This document shows, in pieces, positions 38,588 to 50,965 of a stretch of DNA of 64,000 nt (the stretch's first letter is position 1; each line of letters starts with the position of its first letter). Below the pieces are notes generated by a model. That model did not search any database and had not been told where the DNA came from. It saw nothing but the letters and a program-made list of their open reading frames with translations. The stretch lies in assembly GCF_018350175.1 (NCBI RefSeq), contig NC_058368.1, forward strand, positions 101,186,001-101,250,000, in the 5' to 3' direction. Source of the stretch: Felis catus. Its lineage: Eukaryota. The translations under genes and the position numbers were made by a program.

Positions 38588-38825
38588 TTTATTTTTATTT
38601 TATTTTATTTTATTTTATTTTATTTTATTTTATTTTATTTTATTTTATTTTATTTTATTTTATTTTATTATTTTATTTTATTATTTTGGGAGAGAGAGAG
38701 AGCTCAAGCAAGTGGGAGAGGGACAGAGAGAGAGGGAAAGAGAGAATCCCGAGCAGGCCCTGTACGGGGCTCGAAGTCACGTACCGTGAGATCAAGACCT
38801 GAGCTGAAGTCGGACGCTCAGCTTG
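38588..38825 (-). mobile_element. Can-SINE lacking its 5' end, with a long (TTTTA)n tail
   Basis: About 100-nt pentamer tail; body stops at gtcggacgctca. Confidence 0.9.
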
Positions 38826-39896
38826 ATTTATTTTAAAGAAGAGGGATCTCACAGGGGTTGACATTGACTGTCTTTGCTCTTGGTTTTAAGTCATTTGTAT
38901 TAGATGGATTTTTTTCCCCCCTGTCAGTCCCTTATCTGCCTCCAAATAATCAGAAAAATCACTCAGGATGGGGCAGAATCTCTAAGAAATCCCTCCTCTC
39001 GAGCAGAGGCTGAGTCATTTAAACCAGCAATCCTTCTGTGGGGTCTCAGATGTTTGATGTTCATTCGGCCTTTGGAGGGTTGATTAAGAGCCCAGCAAAA
39101 AGCAAAGCTTCAGAGCTTCTGTGTTCTGAAAGGGTCCCTTGACCCCAGGCACCCCAGCGGCCGGGGCAGACACAGCGACCATGATTTATGGATCAATAAA
39201 CAGAGTCCTTCCAAACCACGTTTGCCCTCCTTCAAGGGAGTGAGCCGTGAACTTTCTGCATGTAAAACTTCTTTCTCTGGAATATTTTTGTTTGTTCTCG
39301 AGAACAGCCTTCGTAACGGGGCTGGGAGGGGAGCCTGGTGGTCGTGAGAGCGAAGGATAGTGTGAGGGATTTTGACCAAAAAGAGAGACTCAGAATCCTC
39401 ACAGGCACAGACACCACGCATTTGGACTCAGAAGGTTGGACCCAATCAAACACCATTTGTGTTCTTTTTGTTTCCTTACAAACGGACAGTGGCTGTTGGT
39501 TCCTGTGGTCCCCTGAGGAGAGGAATTACACATGTAGGAAATGAGATTCCCCTCCCTCCTGCCTTCCTCCCCCGTCCCCCCCCTCTGCTGTCGCCCCCCC
39601 CCCCCCCCCGCCCTCTCCAAAAAACCACTAAACCTTTTTTGAGCTCCATGATGCAATGTGATTTTTTTTTTTTTTTTCTGGACAGAAAAGCAACAGTTGT
39701 TTCTTTCTCAACTATTTCTTGTTCCAAGACCTCACAAGGCGTGAGGAGAATAACTTCCTGAGGGAAAAAAGCATTTGAGTGTCTGCATCTAAAGATACAC
39801 AAATCTAAGAACTTAATGGGAGTGGGGTGGAGACAAGAAGGAATGAAAACAAAAGAAAGCCATTCCTGCTACAGGGAAATTAGAAACCAAAACCTT

Positions 39897-40062
39897 TGTT
39901 TTGTGTTCTTTTCTTCCTTTTTTCTTTCCCTTTTTTTCCTTTTCCTTTCCTCTCATTACCTTTCCTTTTTCCTCTCTTTTCCTTTCCTCTCTCCTTCCTT
40001 GGTTTCTTTTTCTTTCTTTCTCTCTTCCTCCCTTCTTTCCTCCCTTCCTTCTTTTTCTTCCA
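39897..40062. repeat. Polypyrimidine low-complexity tract
   Basis: Almost only T and C. Confidence 0.9.
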
Positions 40063-40912
40063 CTATTCCCTACATCTATAAATAATTCTATAGACTTTAC
40101 ATAAGTTCAGCTTTCTTCAGCCTGACCAACATTCCAAGGCATTCTTTTTCTTTTTCTTTTAAAGGTCTGGGTCACTGATTATGGAAGTTGGGATATGGAA
40201 GATTCTTAGGATATGTTACTCTCATAAATTCTAGTCTGACTTGTTGTTAAATTATAAATTCTTTTAAGGCATATTTTCCTCCAGTTTCAACCCCAGTGAG
40301 TTTTCCCTGTCTGCAATACTCAGATTACACACAAGCGAGCCCTAAAGTGGAGACGGCAGGAGGAGGGTAGATAAGGGGTAGGCGTCACATCCAGAAAATT
40401 CCTATAGCCACGAACCTTAGGGGCGCGCAATTAGCAGCCTTCCCAGGAAGGTTATACATCATGTCTAGGGCTTTATGTTAAAATGACTTTTTACTTGAGT
40501 CATTTGTTAGTCCATTACCAGTTCTCCTATCAGATTGCATTTCATCTCGTATTAAGTCAAGGTAAGCCGGCACGTAAAAATGGACTTCTTCATTGCCGTG
40601 CCTGTTCCAGGCAAGGTGGAAATGTCCGCAGCATTTTGCTTGATGCTTTTCCAGGAGGCTCAAGAATCACATCCTTTTGCGGAAAGTATTCCCCGTGGAT
40701 TGAATCCCAGAGTCTCCCGCGAAGACGTGCAGGGTACATATTGTGTACTAAATGCGGATTTTTGTCTTCAGGGTTCCGCTCATTCTCCTCCAACTCTAGT
40801 CCTAAAAGGATCTGAAACTGAGCGACTCCTGTTGTTCATCCTTCAATCGTTACAAACACAAAAAGCAGGAGAGAGATTCCGCCTTCCTTATAGAGGAGCA
40901 GAGGGAACCTGC

Positions 40913-40948
<36 letters not shown>

Positions 40949-43005
40949 ACATGTCCTTGTACTTGGAGGCCAATTGGATCTTCCTTATATGATGACTTTG
41001 CTCCGTTTCCAAGTGGTGTGTCCTTTTATGGGGGCACAGGGGAGGGCTGGTTAATTACCAAGGCTTCGCTGGTAGGAAAACTGAGGCCCCGTATAGTTTT
41101 GTTTTGTTTATGGCGCGAAGGTACTGTTAGGTTCTTGTGCTGCCCGGGGCGCAGATGGCCACAGTGTTGGGGTGAAATCCTGCCCTCCACAGGCCAGGAC
41201 CACATGTGTCACATCAATTACGTTCCTAATGCTCTTCCTCGGTACCCCTGTGTTTCCAAAGGCTTAATGCACCTATGAGTAAATGATTTCTTTCCACGAC
41301 TGCTTCAAGTGCCAGAAGGCAAGAGAAATTTAAACAGACCTAAGATCAACACTGTGAGTTTACTTGGCCTCCCCATCCACCGACACTGCCATAAATTTCT
41401 TTGGCTTCTTAGTTGGGAATTTAAAAGGCCTATAGTCTTGGCAAGGTTTATATAACAATGTTTCTTCTATATGGATTACAAACTTGCAAAATCCCAGGCA
41501 GTTGTGGGGTATCGTATTTGGTCAGTGGGTCACCCTGAAAGGCCAACAGAAAAACTCAACACCCGGTCCAGCCGGACACTTTTTCTGGCTTTGGCCTGGT
41601 TGGTGGAAACAGCTTGGTTGGCTCCTGCTCTGACAGGGTCAGGAGCCCGAGTCTTGAGGCCTTTTCTTTTGTTTTCTTTCCCCCTGCCCCCCTTTGGGGT
41701 TTCCTACACCAGGACGCTGTCTTCTGTGGCCCTCACAGAGCCAGGGGCCCTAATCAGTGCTATAGGTGTAGGAGCCCGTGAGAAATGTTTTGTCGGGATG
41801 TTATACGCCCCAGTGTCATGAGGCTCTCTCAGAGAGGCACTCCTCAGAATGCAGGCGTGCTCAAGAACAGGAATGGCGCCGGTTTGTGCTGAGGGTGGCC
41901 CTCGGAGGCATGGGGTTCGTCAGCCAGTCGAGTGTGCTTGGCTCTATCAAAGGAGCCTTTGTGATAAGAAGGCGCCCCTCCTTCTCTGCCTGACCACAGT
42001 TTCCTCTTCAGATGGGCCCGCTGTGGGAGTTATATATGCCTCTTGTCCCAGGTGTGGTGGTTAGCCTGGAACATTCTTGCGCAGGGCTAGTGGGTGGGTC
42101 TTGTAAATGTCTTAGCTCCAAGGGGAATGCAGGTGTCCCTCGCTAAAACCGGAGAGCATTTCATTCGTGGGAAATGATCCTTTTCAAATGAAGGCCTCTC
42201 CTCAAAACACGTATCACGTTGTCTGCTTCGTGCAGGGACACTAATAGAACAGTGAGTGTCCGTGTTGAACGTGACTCCTGATGTGCAAAGAGCTGTATCT
42301 TAGGGGCAGAAGGCCGTGAGTGTCAAAGCTGACCGGCAAGCGATGAGCCTCCATATCCAAGTACCAGAGTGATGTATGTACCCATAGGAGACCCTTACCC
42401 TTTCCCTGCCCCCAGGGAAAGCACACAACTCTGGGACTTGACTCTGGCTTTGGACAGACATTTTGAGTTTTGTACTCTTAGCTAGAAAAAATTGTGAAGG
42501 TTGATCTCCTCTCATTTGTCATCCAAAATGGGCTGCAAGGGAAGTTGCCAGCCAGCCAGCCTGCCCAGCAAGAAGGGGAAGGAAGGCCAGGAAGTTCTTG
42601 GGTTGAAGAAGGGAAGGAGGTGAACTTGGCATTGTACCAAGACTTACCTTAGTAGAAGGAAGCCGAAACATAAAGATACAAAAATGTTGCAGGAGACCAG
42701 TTGGAAAACCTTGGTTCACAGTATTTGGGCAGAGTGAGACGTGTCAGGAGAGAAATGACAGACACTGAAGTAATGCATGGCTGCACAGGTGTTTCTGGTT
42801 TGTTCAGTCATAATTCAAGGCCCAGACAGTGTTCAATTAAGTCAAAGGCTTCCATTGAAAATTGATTCAAGGCTATATACTCTTTATGCGTCTACATCAT
42901 CCACCTGGGAAACTCATCGCCTGGGGGTTATTATTCTTTAGGTCCAAATGAGGAAGAAAAAAAACTTAGTAATTGGGACTGCAGTTTAGATCAATAACTG
43001 CTAAA

Positions 43006-43237
43006 AATTTTTAAATATTTTTTTAATGTTTATTTATTTTTGAGAGAGAAAGAAAGAGAGAGACAGAGCACAAGCACGGGAGGGGCAGAGAGAGAGAGGG
43101 AGACACAGAGTCTGAAGCAGGCTCCAGGCTCCCAGCTGTCCCCACAGAGCCCGACACAGGGCTTGAACTTACCAACTGTGAGATCATGACCTGAGCTGAA
43201 GTCCGATGCTTAGCTGACTGAGCCACCCAGGCACCCC
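43006..43237 (-). mobile_element. Can-SINE
   Basis: Consensus body. Confidence 0.95.
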
Positions 43238-43996
43238 AACTTCTAATTTAAAAAAAAAAAACATAGTTTTTTAACTGTTTAAAAACTGAAATCTCAATAG
43301 AAGGCAGATACAAGTGGAAACGGGTTGGTTCTGGAGGGGTATTTGCATCCCCTTTGTTCCTGAGACATCCAAGGCTCCGTAGAAAAGAATGTGGAGATGG
43401 GTGTTTTAGACAATTATTTTACAAACTAAATTGGTAGGAGAGCCTTGGAGCACATAAGCTCAATCAACTGGCTCCCAGGGGGCCATAGCTAGCAAAGCTT
43501 ATAGCCTCAGCACTTCTGGAGAGGAAGCTTCTGGGTCTGGTTTTGGCATGCATGGTGATGTCACGAGTGAACAGGGTCAACGCGACCAGCCACCCTCACT
43601 TCCTCCCCGCCTCCCCTGCAATATGAAAGTCACTCCGTGCACCAACATGCCAACAGCATAAAAAATGTTGAGTCTTCCTTCTCTCGAGTCTCTCCTTGGC
43701 TGGGAGTACCTGTTAGGGGCACTCTCTAATTCCGCAAGTTGCTGGGGTCTAGTAGTAACCCATCTGCAAGGTATCAGAAACAGATTTTTTTTTTTTAATT
43801 TTGCCTATGGAAGATGTCGATAATCATGCCATACCATCGTGGAACTCTTCTCACCCCAAATTCATTTAGGTCTGCGGAGACTATTAGCAGAAGCAAAAGA
43901 GGACAGTTAGGGTGATCTTCTGACTTCCTGCATACACCCTTCCTGAGGGTTGCATGTCTGTCCCCCTAGTTTGGGATGCGATTAAAATGGATTGAC

Positions 43997-44222
43997 TTTC
44001 TTTTTAAAAAAAAGATTTTTGTAATGTTTATTTTTGAGAGAGACAGAGAGACCGTGAGTGGGGGAGGGACAGAGAGAGAGGGAGACGCAGAATCTGTGCA
44101 AGCAGGCTCCAAGTTCCGTGCTGTCAGCACAGAGCCTGACGCGGGGCTCGAACCCATGAACTGTGAGATCATGGCCTGAGCCCAAGTCGGACGCTTAACT
44201 GACTGAGCCACCTAGGTGCCCC
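43997..44222 (-). mobile_element. Can-SINE
   Basis: TSD TAAAATGGATTGA. Confidence 0.95.
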
Positions 44223-44803
44223 TAAAATGGATTGATTTTCACATCGAATTCCTTTGCCCCGTGTCAGCCCGCGGTTGTGTGTGCGACACCCTACTCCCCT
44301 TACCTTCTGTTCCACTTGTAACTCCATTGCTTTTGGAAGCCAGGTTCCTGTGGATTCTTGAAAATACAGATTCAGCCCTGGAATGGGGTTAGCTGGAAGT
44401 GAAATAAGCAGGTTAGCTAAGGAGGTACACATCTTATCTAAAGGTCTGTAAATCTAGTGTGCATTTCCCCTTCCTAATAAATTTGGAATCCTCTTATCTC
44501 TCCAAAGGTAGGAGAGATATCGACAAGATGACTCTGCCTTAGAGAATTGCATGATTCTTTCCTATTTAAGATTTTGTTCCACTTCACAGTTGACTGTGAA
44601 AATGTGTAATGAAGTTTCAGTATATATGGAAATTTGACTCCAAAGTCAGTATTTAAGGCAAGAAATGTTTGTAGTGTAATCATCCTTGACAACCCCTTAT
44701 AATGCATATAAAGTACCATAATATGTAGGGATAAAAGTTTGCTATATAGTAAAACACAATATATGATAAAAATCACTCATGCAAGAAAAAGCCATATAAT
44801 ACT

Positions 44804-45015
44804 TCTTTTCTTTTTTTTAATGTTTATTTATTTTTGAGAGAGGAAGAGTGTGAGCAGGGGAGGGGCAGAGAAAGAGGGAGACCCCAAATCCAAAGCAGGC
44901 TCCAGGCTCTGAGCTGTCAGCACAGAGCCCAACCCGGGGCTTGAACTCACGAACCGTGAGTTCATGACCTGAGCTGAAGTCGGCTCCTTAACTGATTGAG
45001 CCACCCAGGCGTCCC
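44804..45015 (-). mobile_element. Can-SINE
   Basis: TSD catataata. Confidence 0.95.
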
Positions 45016-45764
45016 GAGTCATATAATATTTCTAAATGCGCGAATGGACAGACTCCATGTGAGTGCAAGTGCCGAGCTGTCGAGAGGGAAATGTGGGTGC
45101 AGGTTATGCCCTGCTCTCACAGGTGTGCGTGTGTGTGGGCCACACAGGCGTTGGGGCTGGTGCTGAATAATTGCTCCGTATTCACATCCTGCCATTCCCA
45201 GTCTTTGTTTATCCATCATCCAGTCCCATTTTTATGGTCCCCATTCTTTGCAGTATCTCGTAGCTTCTTGGCGTCTGATTTACTTCCCTTGCGACGAAAC
45301 CTAAGAGGATACACTCTTTTATTTAGCTTAGTTGTCAGGTTTTTAATGCTTTCTTCTGATCCAAAGAGCTCGTTTTGGTAGAGAGAGTCAGAAACCAGCC
45401 TCGTAAAAGGAAGGTGAGCACATGTTTGGACCAAATACAAATGGGTGCCAATTTCGGGGCTCTTGTCTGGCATCGGGGTGAAGGCGGGGTAGGGACAGGT
45501 CCCACCTTCCACACGAACTGGATTTAGATGTGGTTACACTCCCAGTGCTGAGAAATAGGCTGCCAGCCCTTCTCCCAGTGTGCCGGTTAAGGGGAATTAC
45601 TTGAAATCTCAAATGAGCTTTTGTTTCTTGGCTCTCGAGGGCCAGACAGGTTGGAAAGGCCTGCCCACCTGCTTGTAAATGTTCTTGTTGCCTCTGGCAC
45701 TGACCTCTCCACGTTTCTGTTGCTCAGAAAGTTAAAGTTCACTACATTTACACAGTGTTTTGCA

Positions 45765-45955
45765 GCCCGAAAGGCACACTCACATAATTTTTCTTATTTG
45801 ACCCTCCACACGACCCCGCGCAAGTCACTGTGGGCTAGGGTTGTTATCCCCACTTTACAGATGAGAAGACAAAGCCTCAGAATGGCTCCCCTAGGCTCCC
45901 ACAGCCAGTGAGTGGTGGGGCTGAGGCTGGAATCCCAGCCTTCGGGTGACTTCCC
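45765..45955 (-). mobile_element. MIR relic
   Basis: ttatccccactttacagatgagaagacaaagcctcaga...cacagccagtgagtggtggggctg. Confidence 0.8.
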
Positions 45956-48614
45956 ACCTACCAGGCAAACTTTTCATTTATGATCTTAGGAGGTCTGCCT
46001 CTCTCTTGTGGGCGCAGCGGGTTGTTAAGGAGAAAATGGTTTCACACGGCACTCACGGAGAAGGTGTATTTCTCAGGCTGCAAACTTGTAAGAACTGTGG
46101 GTCCATCCCTTGGATTTCTTTCTCTCTTCACCTGACAGCCCAAACACAGTCTAGTTGGTTCTGACGTCTGATCGGTGATGTTAAGGGTAGAGTCAATCCC
46201 TTAAGGATTGTGTCTATCCATATTGTCCGGCTTCAGCTAAGATGTGCCATGTTCCTTGGGTCTTAGCTGGTCTTCCCCTCTTCAAGCTGGCATCTAGTAC
46301 AATGAATGATGCCTCACCAGACCCCAGGCTAGAAGCCCCAGGCCCTCGTCCTGCATGGGCCAGTTGCCCTGGCCTCAGGACCTCCTGAACACATTGTTTT
46401 CTCCTTCTGTCTCTCATTCCCACTGACTGCTCGCTTTGACCGGCATTTAGCTCACTTTGCAGAGGCACAGAGAAAAAAGGCATTCTGTGTGGGTTGGCGT
46501 CCCCTCAGGACCCACGGTGGGAAACAGGCCCAGTTCTCTACACACAATTGCACATCCCCCAGCCTGGGCAAAGTATCCGCCCCCATCTTATGGCTACTCA
46601 CGAATTTCTCAGCTCGCTCCCTCTCTCTCATCAGCTCTGAGGATCCCTATTTTGAGTGAGGGTGAGAGATTGAACCCCAAAGAGATTCGTTCGGTTTGAT
46701 AGTCGTCGCTTCTTTTGTCATACTCAAGGATAAGCCGCTTTTGAATTTAAAAACTCATCATTTGCCCCTTTGTTCACCCGTCCCGTCTGAAATTGTTCTC
46801 TGGTGGGGGCTAATGGCCCTCATGGGAGATGCCCGCAGGGTCGCAGGACTAAACACACACACATATGCACAAAGGAAAAAACCCGAACAGGCTTAATATA
46901 TCAAATTATTATCTCACCACAGTTAGAAGTATATAGAGATTTGATACATGGCTGTTAAATAGAAAACATATACGCTCATATAACTTTAGTTCCCTTCTCC
47001 AAAAGCCAAAGACAAATGGTCCATCAAAAGGTTTGTAAAGTTACAGCTGAAACAGTCTTGCAAATAATATGTGCCCAAGGAACCTCTAAAACATGCATCA
47101 TGTTAAAGGGCAGTGTAAAAAGTGGAACCCTCAGAAGTGAATTTCACATTTGGTGAAACCTTGGTATTGCAGGTTGAAAAGTGGGAAACTCCAAATGGTC
47201 AAGCTTCAGTGCTAATCAGCTCGGCAATAGCCGTGTTTAAAAATTGTTAGTAATTTGTCAGTCCTGAACGTGGATTTTTAGTGTTGGGAAAGAGATTTCC
47301 CAACACCTAGAGATGAAATTTATGATATATGTATCACTAAATAAAAAATGCAGAAAGACATTTTTGAGGCGTACTGGTGGATGCAAAATTGACTCCGATA
47401 AATGCAGCGTATGGCTGTCTTCCAGCAAATACTTTCAATGCTAAAGAGTTCCATACAATAGATTCCCATTTTCAAAATCGCATCATTTTTACTTAGAGCG
47501 TTTCTGAAAACAGGTACAGCCACTTCCAATCAGCTGCCTGGAGATAATTTAAGATTCTCTTTCCATTAAATTGTAAAAATTTGACCAACGCGTGGCAGAA
47601 CTTCATTGCTTTGGTGTCTTGATCTAGCAAAATCCCTGTTTCCAGGACTGTTGAGGATTATGCCATCCGTTGCTGCGGGATGAAGGGGGGGGGAAAACCC
47701 ACCCTGAACTTTTCCTACAGTTTGGAGCCACATCATTTGGAAAACAGAGATAGGTCTTGGGCCAAGCTCTGAAGCTCCCACGACTGCATGCTTGGAACAG
47801 GAAGCTTCTCTATGGCTGGAGAATTGATTGATTGCTTGATATTTATTGAGGACCCGTGGTGGGTTTGGTTCTCGATGAATATGAACATGTCAATAGTTTT
47901 CTTTCTCAACCAGAAACATGATGCCTCAAGATGCTGCCTTAAGTACTTTCCAGACCATTCTACCTGGAGTCCTTCCTATCAAGATGCATATAAACAATAA
48001 ATTAAGTAAATTATCAGAAGTCTGTTGTCCTTCACCTGCTGCCCTCAAATATGTCTTAGTCCTGAGTTCAACCCCTGACCACAATTGGAGTCGCCTTTCA
48101 TCATCAGTCAGGTCTATGGGAGCCAATCCTGCCCTGACCTCCATGGCAACCATTGGTATATTTCAGAGCAAACGTCTTCTAAAATCCAAAGGAATCTTAT
48201 CATTTCTACCACAGGCAGGAACAAGAACCCCAGGCAAGGTACACCTAGTGGATGGTCTGTTCTTCCAAAATGACTTCCCAGGAGGATTGCTCTCCTGTGG
48301 GTAGATGATTTCATTAATTGGTGTTTAACTTATAAGTCTGAGTTATTTATTGTAAAACCAAATAGGGACCATATGACTTTGAAGATGTGATCAGACCGGG
48401 CTGTGTGGGCCAGATACTGAGCAGAGCAAGCTTCCCAGCATTAATCTGTCACAGCCCATTTTTCACTTGCTAAATCAGCTTTATGCAAATATTCCCCCAA
48501 GCCTGGAGCTCACCTATTCATGGACTCTTCTCCCTCACCTCCAACATCTGTGGATCTTTTAAGATAGGGGCACATAAACTTAAGTCTTCAGATGTGCACT
48601 TAGAATTCTAGAGT

Positions 48615-48715
48615 AGATGGAAATATTAGCAGTCATCTTGTTTAAACCCTGATTTCACATATGGTGAAACTGAGGGGAAGTGACTTGCCCAAGATCACAG
48701 GGCCAGAATGACACC
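48615..48715 (-). mobile_element. MIR core fragment
   Basis: atggtgaaactgagg...gtgacttgcccaagatcacag. Confidence 0.75.
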
Positions 48716-48985
48716 AACAGGAGAAAATCGTTATTGTGTGATTTACACGTGCGTAGTGTGAGAAAAAGCCCAATGCCTTACCTACTCTTTGGAAAACACC
48801 CTTCTCCTCCCAGATGCTTGCCACCCCTCTCTCCCAGATCAGCTTATTGGATGGGTTATTAAGGGAAAACATAATGTAAACAAACCAGTACACAAAAAGT
48901 AATACACATCTTGGGAATTGCCTACGCTTCTACTCAGAAATAACTACTGTTAATAGTTGAATGTGTGTACTTCCACTCTATTTTT

Positions 48986-49200
48986 TGTAAGATTTTTAAA
49001 AAATGTTTTATTTATTTTGAGAGAGGGAGAAAGAGCATGAGTGGAGGAGGGGCAGAGAGAGGGAGAGACAGACTCCCAAGTGGGCTCTGCCCTGACAGTG
49101 CAGAGCCAGATGTGGGACTCGATCTCACAAACCGTAAGATCACGACCTGAGCCAAAATCTAGAGTCAGATGCTTAACGGACTGAGCCACCCAGGTGTCCC
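48986..49200 (-). mobile_element. Can-SINE (older member of a tandem pair)
   Basis: Consensus body, flanked by tccactct. Confidence 0.93.
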
Positions 49201-49208
49201 TCCACTCT

Positions 49209-49425
49209 TTTTTTTTTTTTTTTTAGTTCTTTAATGTCTATTTATTTTTGAGAGAGACAGTGTGCGTGGGGGAGAGAGAGTTGGGGGGAGACACAGAATC
49301 CGAAGTAGGCTCCAGGTTCTGAGCTGTCAGCAAAGAGCCCGACGTAGGGCTCGAACTCACAGACCATGAGATCATGACCTGAGCCGAAGTCGGCCACTTA
49401 ACCGACTGAGCCACCCAGGTGCCCC
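49209..49425 (-). mobile_element. Can-SINE (younger member of the tandem pair)
   Basis: Flanked by ccctccactct at 49198 and 49428. Confidence 0.93.
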
Positions 49426-49699
49426 GGCCCTCCACTCTATTTTTAACCAGGGGATAGAAAGCATATGAATTTTTATAAAGCTTTGATTGCATGAAAAAGG
49501 GGAAAGTCATAGAATTAGTTATGAGATTTCTTGCAAAGTTTTTTCAACAAATACGATTGAGATTTTGTACTTGTTATATAGGAAACCCCAGGCTGTTTAG
49601 GACACAGTTCTGCCCCTGGCCTATGTAAACCTGGAGTTCTTATTTGAGTCCTGATTCTTTTATGATGAACTTAGGTCTCTGATTTTAGAAATAGTGTCT

Positions 49700-50440
49700 T
49701 TCTGTCACAAATCTTGTCCTGTGGGTATCTGCTCTACTGGTCCAGTGAGTTCTGACACCAGCTACCCAGAGTTAGACTTTACAGGTTGAAGGCACCATCC
49801 TTCACAAGACTTCTCTCGGTTTGGATAAACTCAGGGTCTCCAGGCCGCCTGCACTTTTGACAAACAGACTACAAATTTAAGGGTTTCCCCAACCCCCTCA
49901 GGTTTGATAATTTGCTGAAATAACTCACAGAACCAGGAAAGTGCTTTACTTGTGATTACGGTTTTATATGATGAAAGGATACATATCAGAACCAGCCAAG
50001 AGAAAAGATAACACAGGGTGAGGTCCGGGAGGTTCCCAAGTGCAAAGCTTCTGTGTTCTCAGGGAGCATTGCCCTCTGACACATTAATATATGACAACCA
50101 GGGAAATTTGCCACAGCTCTGATATCCAGAGTTTTTATTGGGGTTTCATTACACAGGCATGACTGAGTGAATCGTTCGCATGGCTCAATTTCCCGTCCTT
50201 TTCCCCAATGATGGAGCTGATATCACATGCTGTAAAGCCCCACCCTTTAATCACATGGTTCATCTTTCTGGCATCAGCAGCACGGTCCTGAGGCACGTAC
50301 CTCATCACCATAAACCAGAATGTAACGGGGTAGGGGCACACACCACGAATAGCGTAGATGCTCGTCACTCAGGAAATCCTAAGGGTTTAGAGGCTTTCTC
50401 CAAGGAACCAGGGACAAAGGTGAGCCAGATTCCTTATTAC
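49700..50440 (-). mobile_element. ERVL-class LTR (MER21-like)
   Basis: ttctgacaccagctacccagagttag...ccccctcaggtttgataatttgct...actcacagaac...ggaaccagggacaaag. Confidence 0.8.
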
Positions 50441-50782
50441 TTGGGTCTGCATAAAGCGTCACTCCTTCCTTTCATGCCCTCACCTCCAAAGCATATTTTT
50501 AACACTGGGTCAAGAAATGGGTTTAACTGACAGGACGTAGGAGTGGGTACAAGTAGACATCAATTCTTTGGGTCATCTGAGTAGCCAGAGATCTTGAACG
50601 TTAAGTGCCCATCAGCATTATTCCCCATCTGTGGGGAGCGGAAATGGGGTTCTTCCCAGTCAGGGTTCTTAATTCAAGACCTCTGATAGACCTCGGCTAG
50701 TGATTGGGTCGCCACACCCGTGATTTTGTCAGTTGCTGGAATGCCTAAAGGCGTTGGTCTCCTTTAAAATTTGTATTCTCAG

Positions 50783-50965
50783 GGTGAGTGTCCAACTCTT
50801 GGTTGTGGCTCAGGTCATGATCCCAGTGTCCTGAGATAGAGCCCTGTATCAGGCTCCATGCTCAACGTGGAGCCTACTTAACATTCTTTCTTTCTCTCCC
50901 TCTGCCCCTCTCCCCCATTCTCACACACACTCTCTAAAAACAAATAAAACAACAAAAATTAATCA
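50783..50965 (+). mobile_element. 5'-truncated Can-SINE
   Basis: gtgtccaactcttg...ggctcaggtcatgatccc... Confidence 0.85.

Noticed and set aside
40580..41278. Longest ORF in the track (232 aa) with a poly-Lys run
   Set aside because: Non-ATG start, poly-K comes from a genomic A tract, no recognisable domain or exon structure.
47918..48314. Overlapping ORFs on both strands suggesting a pseudogene
   Set aside because: No recognisable protein, poly-A tail or TSD.
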